Positions 1 to 13,500 of a DNA stretch of 64,000 nucleotides are shown one piece after another (positions within the stretch are counted from its first letter, which is position 1; every line of letters begins with the position of its first letter). The position numbers and the translations under genes were made by a program. Location of the stretch: positions 496,001-560,000 of the forward strand of contig NC_135768.1 in NCBI RefSeq assembly GCF_052425735.1. Reading direction: 5' to 3'. The notes beneath the pieces were generated by a model. That model did no database searches. It saw nothing but the letters and a program-made list of their open reading frames with translations, and was not told the DNA's origin. This DNA is from Oculina patagonica (lineage: Eukaryota).

Positions 1-2175
1 CGGGATTTCAAGTCTCGAGAAGATAATCTTTAAAATAACGTTAAACCAGTTAACGCGGGAATGTCGGCCATCATCGAATTCCAAGATTTGAAGAAGTTTG
101 TTGACAAAAATGATTGCTCGGCATTTGCTTAAATTGAGACTTGTCATCACAGTGAGGATTATAATATTCAGCCATTCATCATGTGAGATTGACTTTTTGG
201 TTATCCCGGTATAGATTTATTCAAAGTGCTCTCAATGGAAAGATTTTCTCTCAGATCCAATTAAGAAGTATAAGGAGTTGAGACACCAGGGGAGATAACT
301 AAAACACTCTTCATTTTTCGACCGATGACACAAAGGTATTCACTTTGTGACAGATTGTATACAATTTTTTTTCTAAAAGTCTATTTGTCCTTGGTGACAT
401 TTTGATTAAAACTAAACACAAATCATTCCTAACGTGGCTAAAGTTTTTTGGCTGACTGGATCGTCAACAATGTGACCAAAAATCCGCTGAAGAAGTTGAA
501 TGTCAGTATCACTGAATTGTTATATATCTGAATGATCTGTTACTGTGAATTTTGACGGGCTAAAAGAGTTCCAAATTCTCGCCATGATACTAAAGAAAGG
601 CAAATTAAACCCTTTTTTTGTTTTTAATTCACTTTAGAAGCGAAGAATTTCGTTTTTCGGGTCGAAAACCAAAATGGAGCTGAGGCCTTCGAATGGCTCT
701 GTTTTTAGGACAACAGGAAGTGGTTTAACCTCAAAGATTCCAACCCAATTTTATTTTGGAATTTTAAGTTTAAATGATGCAAAGTTACGGATCAAAATAA
801 AACCGGGTGAATGACTATATATGACGGAGATTCGGTTTCTCTAGCATCTGTAGCAAGCTCTAGAAACGCCGATTCGACGATAAATATCAAGTGACATAAA
901 TTATACTTGACGAATTTATCAAACCGGCTCAGTAATTATTGAAACATTTTCTAATGTAGAAAAAACTATGAAACTGGCTTATCAACACTGACTTGATGCA
1001 CGAGAGCTCTACGATAAATTCAAAGCAATCTTCTTAACACTTATTCCTCTTATCTCTTATTCGTCACTCTGACGACTTTACTAGCTTTCCGTAGTCAAAA
1101 TAACTTAAAATTGCATAATATTATCCATAAATAGATCTCTGTTATTGACTTTTTCCTGTGCTTCTCTGTCAATAAATCAACCCGCGAAGGCTCTGTAAAT
1201 AGCTCGTGGTTTTATTCAATTAGAAAATTCCTGAACGCGGAAGCCATGCTCCCGAAATGGTTACTTACTTAAATACCGGGGAGCTCAGTGCATTAAGTAA
1301 TTTACATTCTTGAAATAAACCTTCCTTTTTGAATCGTTTGAAATCAGACGAAAGTAATTAGCTTTTAAGTAAACAGTTTGTCTTTAAAGCATTGTTATGT
1401 CTGCAAACTTTATTTTTAGGCATATGTTTAGCTTTAAAACAAAGTTGGGCTTTTTGCTTAACTACTGCAAACTAAACCTAAGAACTTAAAGGAAATGTAG
1501 CTAATAAAATATGAATGTCATTTCTTTTTTTTTGGCCTCAACAACCAGCCGGAAACTAAGCACGACCACAGCTAAAACGTATCGTTAAAATGGAAGAAAT
1601 CCAACCCTTGGACTTGTAAAATACTAACAAAACAATCTTTGCATGATTAAGGTCAGTAAGGGCTTGCCTCCTCAAAGTCGTTGTTGACAACCGAAGGCAC
1701 CAATTAAGCGAACAAATTGGCTCAGTAGCAATGCTGCAGATAAGATTACACTCGTCTGTCTCTTTCCATGCCAAGTCTTTTCAAAGAGGAACTAGACAAA
1801 GGTGATAATTGTGGATTGTACAAGTTATTTGGTTTATTGATTAAGTTTATCTTGTGTCGGATGTGGGATAATTTTGCCACATTTTGTCTCAAATGGGTAG
1901 TATGTACTTTATTTTAAAAAAAAATCACAAAGGGCTTAGCGCGCCAGTCAAAACGATTTGATGAAAGAGCTTCTTGCACTCCACTTCTGTGTTAATGTCT
2001 TTCAGATGATGGAATGACTTTTAAATGAGTATTAAATTGGTAGATTGACATGTGGTTCCACAAGCCAATCACAATCGAGTAGAGCTTCATCTGTTTATAA
2101 AACATATTAAATCGGTGCGCAGCACTTATTCGCTATTCTTCTCCTTCATTGATAAGTGTTTCTTTTGAGTGTGCC

Positions 2176-2243
2176 ATGAAGCTTCGTTTACCGAGTGTAT
2201 TTTTATTTGTTATTTATTCAAGCGAAGTTATTGCATTATGGTG
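2176..2243 (+). CDS. Wnt6: Wnt6 exon 1 (signal peptide MKLRLPSVFLFVIYSSEVIALWW)
   Basis: ATG at 2176, hydrophobic signal peptide ending LW-W, donor GTGAGT at 2244 (phase 2), joins in frame to exon 2. Confidence 0.85.
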
Positions 2244-2361
2244 GTGAGTACTGTGCAAAGTCTTTAAAGCCATGACATACTGGGAATCCGCGGTTAAATA
2301 ATCCCTATATTACTTAGCTTAGTAGATTACTAAAACATAGTACTTTTAATCGTCAATGCAG

Positions 2362-2582
2362 GTCACTCGAGACGTCACTACAACAGGACCCAAATGTCGT
2401 GTGTAAGAAAACGCAGTCATTCTTCCAAACAAAAGAGGACCTTTGCAAATCCAAGCCGGAGCTGATTTCCACCGTCCTTGACGGCATGGACGTGTCCGTC
2501 GAAGAGTGTCAGTGGCAGTTTAGAAACAGGCGATGGAATTGTTCGACGTCAAAGAATTCTGTCAAGAAAATTCTTCGTTACG
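2362..2582 (+). CDS. Wnt6: Wnt6 exon 2
   Basis: Acceptor tgcag; QDPNVVCKK...ECQWQFRNRRWNCS matches the Wnt6-type DPNxxCxK N-terminus; donor GTGAGT at 2583 (phase 1). Confidence 0.9.
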
Positions 2583-2767
2583 GTGAGTTTGAATGCACGC
2601 CAACTAAGTTTGTTGTTCCGGTCACACTTTACAAACTTTGCATGAGAATTGTACGTTCCGCGCGCGTGTTGCTTGATCGCACAACCTGAAAAACCGCACC
2701 ATCGACAGCGATGACTAAGCAGTTGTGAAGTTTGACACGTTCAACTCAGCTTGTAGTTCTTTTTCAG

Positions 2768-3126
2768 ACTATAGGGAGACGGCGTTCATCTATGCCATCA
2801 CATCAGCCGGGATAACCTTTTCTGTCACGCGTGCATGCAGTATGGGTCATCTTCAGCAATGTGGATGTCGCAAGGTAACTCCACCGCCGCAACAAGTCCT
2901 TTCCAACAACGTCATTCCATCGTATCCCCGAAACGAGTACCCCCCTACAGACAACCACCTTCCCAATCAGGCTTTCCCCATCGGAGAGAACGACCAGTTC
3001 GAGTGGGGAGGTTGCAGCGACAATATTCAGCACGGCTACGAGATTTCGCAACAATTGATGCAAGAGGACAAGAGCAGCGATGGCCGTTCCATGATCATCA
3101 AGCACAATAATGAGGCAGGGCGACTG
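2768..3126 (+). CDS. Wnt6: Wnt6 exon 3
   Basis: Acceptor ttttcag; DYRETAFIYAITSAG..TRACSMGHLQQCGC, Pro-rich insert, WGGCSDN, HNNEAGRL; donor GTAAG at 3127. The ACSMG motif and D-x-RETAF are Wnt6-like. Confidence 0.92.
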
Positions 3127-4626
3127 GTAAGGTAAAGCATTTCCGTAGTGGTACACCACACTTTGTCTTGACTTCCCAAAGCCCCGTCCATTTCTCACTT
3201 GTATAAACAACAAACCTCTTATGGCGCGTTGTCATCTTAGTTCTTTGCGTTCCGGTCCTTAACATGGCATTGTCGTTGTGGAACTCTTAAATTAATCAGC
3301 CAGACAGCGAAGCATCAAACACACTCGTAACAAGACAGAGCCTTTGTGGAAAGACCGTGAAAGCAATTGTCATGCAATTATTGCTAAGTAATAAGCTTGT
3401 TTAGAGTTAACGAGGTCAGAAAAACATGCATGTATTCTTTGGGATTCCATGGCACTTGAAACGTGCGCCAGACGGTTAGGGCAATAATTAAAAACAGATT
3501 TTTGTGATCATAGTATAAAGCGCTCGCTTCATTTTGTCTCGCCTTTGGTGGTATCGTTTATTTCGAGATGATCCTACAATTTTGATTAAGGATTAAGCTC
3601 TGATAACAACATTGGGTGTTAAAGAGACTAACGTTTGCATGCGAAAGTGCGCCACCTTTGGGCTTCCGGCGGGAGCAAATTGTTTTCGGCTGCTAATGCC
3701 TTTAAGACGTTTCACAGAGATGCCGATAAGCCACCTAAGAGTAAAGAAGACAAAGCATAGCTCGAATGCAAGTGGCGTGAAGAAACTTAATTTGTCACCT
3801 ACACCGCTGCTCAAACAATTAACACGAAGCCGTCCAATCTTGATGTTAATTTCTCACGAAGAAAGACTAAATTACATATACGCCTTCCACTAATCACTGA
3901 ATTTGTTATATTTGCATACCTTTTGTGGCATCTTATCCCTTTGTTTACACATAAATAGAATGAGTTAACAGTGTAGCTTTAATTTTTGATACCTTAGGCG
4001 GTATTATCCAAAACAAGCCGACAAACAAATGTTTTCACTGTCGAGTCTAAATGTTTAACCCTAAAAGGAAAATAGAAAGATGGTTCCATGCTAACACAAT
4101 TCATTAAAGCGACGGCATTTTTTCCCTAGGACGTCTAAATGCCTCAGTTTGTTTTAATCAGTTCTTCACACCATCGTATTAAATCTTCACAGGAATTTAA
4201 TTTTCTAGTGTAAACTTTATTGACAGAGTGGTTAATTCAATTTTGACAGTTTATCTTACAAGTGGGACTGTGAAAGACAAGTGCCCCCAACAGTTGGCAG
4301 GTTGACATGAACGAATTTCCACCACAAATATTTGTGCTTCGTTTGTAGTAAGCCCCTATTTTTGTCCTTTCTAATAGTTATCCACAACATTCACCCGACC
4401 GTGAAACAAATACTTTGATTCGAACAAAGGCGCCGCAACTTGTAAAGACAACAGCCCCATCGGAAAGTGATAGCTTTAAAACTTTGAAACGTAACTCGCG
4501 AAAAAAGATAATTCCCGCGATAAAATTAATCCAGCATGCCTGAGATAACCTCACTAGATCTAGATTAATCTCGAGTAAGTCAACGACAACTTAAACGTAA
4601 TATCTGGTTTCTTTTGTTTTTCCCAG

Positions 4627-5088
4627 GCGGTCAAGCTTTACATGCAAAGAGAATGCAAATGCTATGGTCTCTCGGGCTCTTGCTCTGTGAAAACGTGTTG
4701 GGAAAAGATGCCGCACTTTAGAGATGTAGGTGATAGATTGAAAGCCCGTTTTGATGGTGCTATTAAAGTGATTATTAGCAATAATGGCGACAAGTTGATC
4801 AAAGAAGGAGAAACAATAAAGCCTCCAACAGAACTCGATTTGGTGTACACCACAGAGTCCCCAAACTTTTGTAAAGAGGACCCGTATTACGGTTCTCATG
4901 GAACTGTGGGCAGGCAGTGCAACGACACGTTTATGGGAGTGGGCGGATGCCAGTTGCTCTGCTGCAACCGAGGAGCACGAATGAAAAAAGTAGTCATAAC
5001 TGAAAATTGCCAGTGTCGATTCCTGTGGTGCTGCACTGTGAAATGCAAGAAATGCCGAAGAGAGCAAGAAGTACACACTTGTGAATGA
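4627..5088 (+). CDS. Wnt6: Wnt6 exon 4 (spliced CDS 1110 nt, 369 aa)
   Basis: Acceptor tcccag; CKCYGLSGSCSVKTCW, LVYTTESPNFC, LLCCNRG, ENCQCRFLWCCTVKCKKC; TGA stop. Confidence 0.93.
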   Translation, partial: AVKLYMQRECKCYGLSGSCSVKTCWEKMPHFRDVGDRLKARFDGAIKVIISNNGDKLIKEGETIKPPTELDLVYTTESPNFCKEDPYYGSHGTVGRQCNDTFMGVGGCQLLCCNRGARMKKVVITENCQCRFLWCCTVKCKKCRREQEVHTCE

Positions 5089-6417
5089 CTGGCCCACTGT
5101 TTGGAACCTAACACTCAACATTAAGCATTCACGTTTAATGTCATACACAGACTGGTATGCGCATGCAGAGGTTATTTGCATGGTTCCAATTATGTTCAAC
5201 TTCAGGAAAAGACAAGAACAGCCCTTTATGACAAGTGATACCCCAGAGAAAATGTTTTCAAATATCAATTTTAAAGGAATCCAAACAGACGGCTGGAGGT
5301 CACGGCATGACTAAATTGCAAACACTTGAACAGTGTGTCTGAAAGAGATATGAATTTTACAACGACAGAGTAGTCATGCAATGTTATCAAAGGTTATTTT
5401 TAATTTTCTGGACGATGCTGGCTTTTAATATCACTATAAAAGCTTAAAAGCCAAATTTTCAAGCCGATCGAACCTATGTCTTCTGTAAAGTAAAGCACAG
5501 CGCATGGAGACCAGGGTTTCATCGCGATCGCTTTAGAAGTAGACACTCTTGATTTAATCCTCTCTGAGTTGATTAGCACTATGGGGTTTGAAGGGGTTTT
5601 TTAATTGCTGACGTTTATTACAAACATTCGAATTAACAGCAGGGTTTCAAGCCACGCGACGGAGTGACCGTGCAAAATATGTGACCTTTTAAAATGCGCC
5701 CTGATAAGTGCATGTGTATTTGACTATTTTACACAAACTCACGTTACAATCAAAACATTCTGCATCGTTTTAGTTTAAAACATTTGTTTGCTCAAGAGAT
5801 TTTCACGTTAAGACGGGATAAAAGATCAATAGGCTTAGTATAAGACCTCAAATGTACATTCGCCCCCGGAAATCGCGAAGTAATGGCCGGCCACATCAAA
5901 CAGGGAGATAACAACATTATAATTGCGATTTGAGCACCTGGAGAGTGGCCAAAACGAAGGTCTGCGTGTTCAAGAGGCAAACATTATTAAAATACTTTTT
6001 ATTGTTCTACATTGAAAGATAAAATAATTTCTGATGTTGTTGAAGGATAAAATCCAAATATCTACAAGGAATCGTAAAGGAAAGGCCTGTTATCCCTTGA
6101 CCTCTAATATTTAGTAGAATAAAAAAAGTACCACTTAGACCTTGAGAACAGTGGGGCAAAAATTGTCAGTCAAATGTCCTGATATTGCTCTTATAGTTCA
6201 ATATTTGGTCAATGCACTCGCTTTGCACCCAGCTGCGAGAATGAGCGATAAGATATAACAAATGATTAAATAGAAGATTTATGTTTAGGTTTCTCATGTG
6301 TCATCGTTTTCAATTATAAAATAGGAAAAGTTTTATTTCTGTAGAAACTATTCCACAATCCAAACAATTTGTGTAACGTGCACTGCTCGAAAACATGAAC
6401 TACAGCAATGTCTTTAA

Positions 6418-6806
6418 AGGGGCTATGTCACGGCTAATTTAATTTTATCATTAAAGTTTGTCAAATATTCGCTATGAAACTAACTGTTTGCAAAGAATTA
6501 ATTCTATGATTCTAAATGAAAAAAACATAGCTTCGTTGCAGCCAAATGTGTCTCCCGGGCGTTATTATTTAAAGTTACAAGCATACAAGATTAACTTTGA
6601 AAACTGTTCCGCCGGACCATATTTCAAAAACCCACATCGCAATCCGTTTCAATCTTCGTCGCTTTTGGCCATCCGTTCCTTCTTTTGTATTTGTTGTGTT
6701 ATTGAAATGTTCCTTGACTGTTTTAAAAGGGTATTTTATTTATTTAAACGAATTTGATGGTCATTTCTTATGCCTATGTTTGGCTTAAATCCGTGACACG
6801 GTCCCT
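6418..6806. mobile_element. Non-autonomous DNA transposon with TTAA target site (Kolobok-like MITE)
   Basis: TTAA at 6414-17 and 6807-10; imperfect TIR AGGGGCTATGTCACGG / CCGTGACACGGTCCCT. Confidence 0.75.
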
Positions 6807-7019
6807 TTAACAACCAATGAAAGATATGTATGTATTTAACTATATTAGTTGAAAATATTTTAATTTCATTATTATGATAGGAATGACTACTTTTCATTTG
6901 AAAAGAAACTTGTATATTTTTTGTTTTTATCTTCAGACTAATATAACAAGTACAAATCACTTTGTATATAGCATATTGAAATCAAATAAACAGAGTTATC
7001 CTGAATAAGGGCACTGATC

Positions 7020-7500
7020 TTTTTTATTGAGGCTAGCGCATTTGTTCTTTTGTTCAAACCTATATTATTTGGTTATAGTTTGGATTTTTATACACATTTT
7101 CAAAAGTCAGAATGCCCAGCATAGTAAACATTACTTTTAAATGCTGTTGACCTTTAGAAACTGCTCTTAATCCTCTTTCTTGTGTCCTCTCCAATCTACG
7201 TGTATCACTTGCACGACAGAAATGACAGACTAGATTATAAAATATTTAGTGAGGTAGGATAGCTGCTTTATAAAGCTGTAATTTGGCCTTTGTTGGGATA
7301 AGATTTTTTTAGTCTCATGATGACTCCTATTCTCTGGCTGGCCTTTTTGCATACAGTAGTGATATGGTCTCTAAAACTTAGTTTATCATCTATTTTTACT
7401 CCCAAAAGATTCAGACTATTCGATGGATTGATTTCAGTGTTCTTTATATTAATCTCATCTGTGTGATACTGGTTGGCACCACTGCTACAGATGTTCATTG
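7020..7500 (-). mobile_element. Degenerate CR1/L2-type LINE ORF2 3' fragment
   Basis: LNLLGVKIDDKLSFRDHITTVCKKASQRIGVIMRL..KAKLQLYKAAILPHL, with frameshifts. Confidence 0.8.
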
Positions 7501-10500
7501 TCAGATACGGTAGCGAGAGCAGCGCTTTTCTTTTAGTTTTGTGGTGACAGAATGTTGGTCACACACTAGAGACCCCTGTAACTAGATTTTCTCAAACAAG
7601 GTTTTTACCTACATACTCAAAAGGTTAGGATACCCTGTTTATACAGCATAACAGGTAAACTACACTGCATGAAAGCTCTGCGCGATAGTTTTTGTTCCCC
7701 ATTCCGTGAAATTTTCTCCTCTAAGGTTTTATCCACAGGCTTAATAGGTAGAAGTACTGCTTAACAGCTTTAATTGATGAAAAGAGATACAACTGTCGTT
7801 TTAAGACATAAAAGGTAGAACCATCATTATAGCAGAAACGAGGCGGGGCTAAAGCGTGAGATATTAGGATTCCATTTGTCCACGGCCACAGGCTTAAATG
7901 AAGAGCCCTCCTGTCACAGAGCATAATTTATACTGAAACAGTATCACACTGAGAATGAAAGAATGCATTTGTAGAGTCTTACTGTTCGGGAGAGCATAGT
8001 CACACACTTGCTTTCTTCGTCCACCTCGTGCGAAACGGCACGTAAGGTCTCCAAAAGAGACAGCCTTTAGCCTGTCTTTCAGCTACTCGAAAGACAGGCT
8101 AAGAGAGCATAGTGGCAATTTATCATTTCCATTGAAGGATCATGTTTCGAAGACTTCAATATTTCACAGACGAGTAGTAAGAAAGCACACACAACATAAC
8201 ACTGTGGCAAATGACTCTCAGTTTGGAAACAGTTATTAGAAGTTTTTAAACGACCAAAGTCCTTTAATACACCGCTATTAGTTTAGTTTAAGTTTAAGTT
8301 TAATAATGCTTCGTCATGCTAAATAAATTGAAATAATTACAGATAGATATGAAAGTGCACGACAGGTCTAAACCCAAACAACTCTGTACAGCAATATGAA
8401 CAATATTTAAAGAATGCGTGGTACACACCCTCCATTAAACAAAAAAAATCATAAATCCGTCGGTTCTTCTGAGGAGCAGTAGTTTTTAGGTCCGCTTTGA
8501 AGGCGGGAGACCGACATTGGATTCCAAGCAGGCGAACCAAATTTTCAAATAGCAGGTTAGTGTTTTGTTCCTTTGATAAAAACAGCAAATCTGCCGCGAT
8601 CCTACGTGAAGTGTGTCTGATTACCCATACCTGGAATATTCAATATTGCAATATTGTCTCACTAGTTTGAGGATATCAGGGCCCCGGCGTAGGACACAAT
8701 CTATGCGAGGAGGGACCGGGGGGGGGGGGGGCCCCCCCCTAAGGGTAACTATTCATTAAGAGGGGTCGGGAGGAAGTGGTCTCTCCCAGAGGATTTTACT
8801 AAAGTCTAGTCATGCTTTTTGGTGCATTCTGAATGAGAAAGACACATGAATTTCAAGTCACCTTAAACCATCTCTGACCTTGTATCGGTCGAATAAAATT
8901 ATACACGAATAACACAGAAAGTGGAGTCGAACAGGCTCATCCGCCCCCCTTCCAGTTCCCTTACAGTAAATATTATTCGAATCGGACAGGCCGAAGTGTG
9001 CTATAGTTTAGCAATGTTTTTATTTGAAGGCAGAGCGTATGTACATTTTTCAACATGAATCGTTAATTTCAAACTACTAATCAGTTATAATATAACGATT
9101 GTTTGTTCAAACTTGAGACGTGAGACATGATTTGATACCAGTTTCAAGTGTTAACCATTTGAGTGAAAACTAAACCTTTGTATAACCGTACCATTCAAAT
9201 AAAAATTATGTTAACTAATTTGTTATGCTTTTATTATAGGAATTGTTTTTTTATACTTGGTGTCTTGGTGGTTATCTGACTTAAGCTACTGAGAAGTACT
9301 TTTAAATCTTGATACACTGTTTTTGCTCATATTTAATTGATTGTGAAATATCTGGGATAACTTTTCAATGTTGAACTTCGCCGTTTAAAGGTTAATCAAT
9401 ATCTTCGAAATCTCTAACCAGATGCGGATCTCTCCAGCGTCTAATTACCAATATCTGTCATCAAAAAGTAATTCCGTTGCATACGAGAATAGCGTCTGGT
9501 GCATTAAAAAACTTAAAATAATTATCTTTGAACACGGAACTGGAACTAAACCATTTAATACTAACAAGTCCTTTTTGCAAAGGAAAGAGGAAGAATTAAG
9601 TCTGTGGCGTGATGCTAGAAGCAACATGGCCGAATTTCAGTCATTTTAACGAAAAACAAAAGTGCATACAGTACTGAGTGGCTGAAAAAAACAAACAAAC
9701 CATCAAATCGATGAATCTTTTAACACGACATTGGCGTAATATGAAGTAAACTAACGTATCTTATTTAGAGATCGTTTCATTGGAATGGCACCCAACTCTT
9801 TTCTGAGCTTAAAGCGTCTACTGGAATTTACCCCATATCTGGATGATAAGCTCAGAGGCCATCGCATGCAGGTCAGCCTCAACATTTTTTTTTTAAAGTT
9901 GGCCGTTAAAGTCAGCAGTACCCCTTCACTGACACCCGGGTGAAGAGATCGAAAATTGCGAGAGTAAAGTGTTTTGTTCAAGGACGAGAATAACATCCAT
10001 GCCTATGATATCTAGACTAGGTTCGTATCTCTAATTAGCAGAATGGCTCAAGGTAAACTGTTGCATTCAGTGGCGTTTAAATTCTCTCACAACAAGCACA
10101 GAGCTATGAGCAGCCGCTTGATTTCGGGTTTAAGGAATATAATTTACCGGGTACAGTTCTAATAATGATGAAGTTAGCAAGCAGCAAGGGTTTTCTTTCA
10201 ATCTGTGGCAGTCACAAAAGTTCTAGTTCACTGGTCGAACATAAACGTTAAATAGGATAGATCATAAAGATAGCCTGTGTACATGAACAGTGGTCAGGAA
10301 TCCCTATTTCTGATTTCAAAGTCGTTCCCTTTGAATTTGCAATTACGACTTCCCGAACTCAAAATAACTCGAATCAACTTTGTTTCCCTTGGGGTCTCGA
10401 GAAATCGGGTTTTCACTGTTATTTATCGACCTATAGAACTTTATATTTGTGCAAACCGACTCGATAGTACTAAAAGTAAAGCAATATAAATTTCTACCTC

Positions 10501-13500
10501 ATTTTGAAAACGATGATGCTCATTGATCAAGAATAGTATATAGTATATACCATCTTTATTATTTAATAGTATATGTGTTGCATAAAATAAATGACCATTT
10601 CACTTTGGAAACAGTGAAATTGTCGTTGGAAAGCATAGCTGCTCAATTTGAAACCTTTGTTCTGTTTTGATATAAACAGGTTATCTGAAAATAAAAACGT
10701 TTATGCTTATGAATAGTACTGCGAAGAATTGCCAAAGATATTTAACAGAATAAAGTATGGAAACTGAATTAGAACTTTGATGTAAAGAGATGCATAAGCA
10801 GAAGAGTTACTATCAGATGGAACAACAAGTCTATATTTCAGCTGAATGAATGAGAACATTGGAAGTCTCTATGGAATGAGACTACGTTGAAAAAAGATAT
10901 ATCAGTAATAACACAGAAACATTACATTACAGAAATTAATGGATTATTCTTTGGATTTGATTTTTTTAAATTTTGCCTTTCGGCCTAAGGGTTGCAGTTC
11001 AGAGGTTGTTTCTATATTGACACACATGCACGGACGAAATTGATGCAGTTTGTAGGCCTCAGATTTTTGTGTTTGGAATTATATTTCTCATGCGTTTGTC
11101 TAAATACCTGTTAGACTGCAAGGAATCATTCTGTAATGGACGCTGGGCGGGCTCTTTGACATTTTATAATTCCGACTTAAAATATAGCAATGTAGAAACT
11201 GCTAGCAAGGTCTTTCCTTGGATCGTGTTGTGAGACAATGTAATGCTAAGGACTATTCGGCGAGTGTTTTCCCATCCCCAGAAAAGGCAGATTCTTATGT
11301 TGTTGAATATAAATTTAGTGACACTACGTTTCTTCTTTATGCTTTATATTGATGATGAAACTCCAAAACGACGGGATCGCTTGAAAAATATGGACTTTAT
11401 TGTGTATACCTACATCCGGGAAAGGTATCCATGGCTAGATTTCGGTGTACTGCGAACCTAGAGTCATAAACAAATGATTTTCTCCATCTTAACGAACTGT
11501 CCCTTCCAGGGCGAGCATTGATTACTCACGGGGCCACCAAAAATGAAAACTTGAGCAAAAGAATTGAAATGTTGATTTTTGTTTAGCTATATCGCTTAAA
11601 GCGTTGATCTATTCAGATTCATTAGCTGAGATTCATTAGCACGTTTTTCGAGCTGTGGCAAGTCACCTTTCTTAAATTGATAGCTGGCATACAGTAATTC
11701 CATTTGTTTTTGGAGAGGGAAGTTGTCGTTTTAGGTACGAAGTTTAGGCCATGTACTGTATTTCCCATATTACGAAAGTTCGAGGTGACATTTCACAACG
11801 TCCTTTTTTTATTCCCGAATGTCTGAGGCGACTATAGATCTTCCAAACAGGCATTTTACCTAAACGACCCGGCGCGTTGCATACCCTTGCTACAATTTGC
11901 ATTACCCTTCAACACAATAACTGTTCTATTCATTCCAACTGTGCATGTGTCAGCTAGACAATCTAAAACTGTTGTTGCTTTTGGAGACCACTTCGATCGA
12001 GGATTGAAGATGACGTCGGTGAGGTGAGGCCCTTTTACTGTGGTGTGTCAGTTTCTTGTCCGATGTGCAATTTTATGAACAATCTTCTTGAGTAACTGTT
12101 CGCTTCATCTGTTTTAATTCCATTGACTCCTTTTCAGTCTAGTATTGTTTTCGATGAACATTTCGTTATGCATATCGTCATGCTCAAAGTATTGTCGGTA
12201 TGTTCTTAAACATCGTTTTATCAGAACATTAACCTATCCCCTGAAACTCGAAGAATGGCGAGTTGAAAGGCAATTCATTGATAAGAACCTCATTACGAAA
12301 CGATTCAAAAAGCCCAAAAACTAAAGCTCTTTTTGATAAGGGCGAGTCGTCATTTCTAGACAAATTTGCTTTGCATCTCAACGATCGCATGATCTTCAGT
12401 TCTTAGAAATAAAAAGGCGATTGACGCCCCGAATATCCTCAGAGTGCTGATGTCTCGAACATGCGTTGAATCAGACAAACATACGGTTAAAATGGAGGAT
12501 GGACCGCACTCTTTCTTTGCAAACACGATAGAATAAAACGCCAGATGCAGCTCGTGAATATTAAGTCATACGCAGCAGTCAAAATATCTGAGTGAAAACA
12601 AGAAATGGTTTATACCCGACCGAGCAATTTAAACCCTTGTTTTCCCCATCGGTTACAATAAGCATAAAAACTAAAGCAGAGCCTACCTTGATCCATACAT
12701 CTCTCTCCAATATCCGTTTATTTCTGTCCCTTTTTTGTGATATGTTACTGTGTGTTCAAGCTCTCTTCCGCTCTACCACCGAGTTACAGGAGAACCATGG
12801 GCGTTAGGCCACAAAACCGAAGACCAAGACCTGCAGAATAACGTACATTCTCTCAAATTGCAACCGGGCCCAAGCACTCCTGTTCGTGGGCTTTGCAAAC
12901 AGCACATAGCATTGTGTAAATCCCATACTTAAAAACTAAAAACTAAGCACACTAGACAATCCCAGATATATAAACGTTCTGTGTCATCATTGGTTAATGT
13001 TAAGTGGAGAGACGAAGTACTTCGCTCAAGGGAACAGGTCATACCTTAATCCAATTGCGGGTTACGCGCGGTGGGTCGTGTATTTTAGGTAGTCAAAAAA
13101 AACACGAGAGTTACCCCAACTTTTGACTCTTCGAGATTTGGTGTCCCAAACTAAATGTCAGATATTAAAGATTTGTCATGCCGTAATTTTCACTCGTTTT
13201 CGCCTCAACGTTCGCTCAATCACTATCTTCAGTACATTGTCCCACCAATTTGAAAAATGTGACAAATCTTAAAAATTCCAAGACAAATTTAAGAATGTCG
13301 CGAAGATTCAAGATCTGGCATATCAAATGTTAACTCTTTATTGCTAGTTTTTTCTCTGCTTCCTTGACATCACCCACGAGATACATGCACCACTCCAATC
13401 TGACCTTTCTTCTCACACTTCTCTCTTTTCTCCAAACCAAAGGCCTCTTTCTCGATCAGACTATTGACACTTTTTGCTTCAGCACTCCATCCTCAGTTTT

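Noticed and set aside
4591-5268. 225-aa antisense ORF
   Set aside because: Shadow of Wnt6 exon 4
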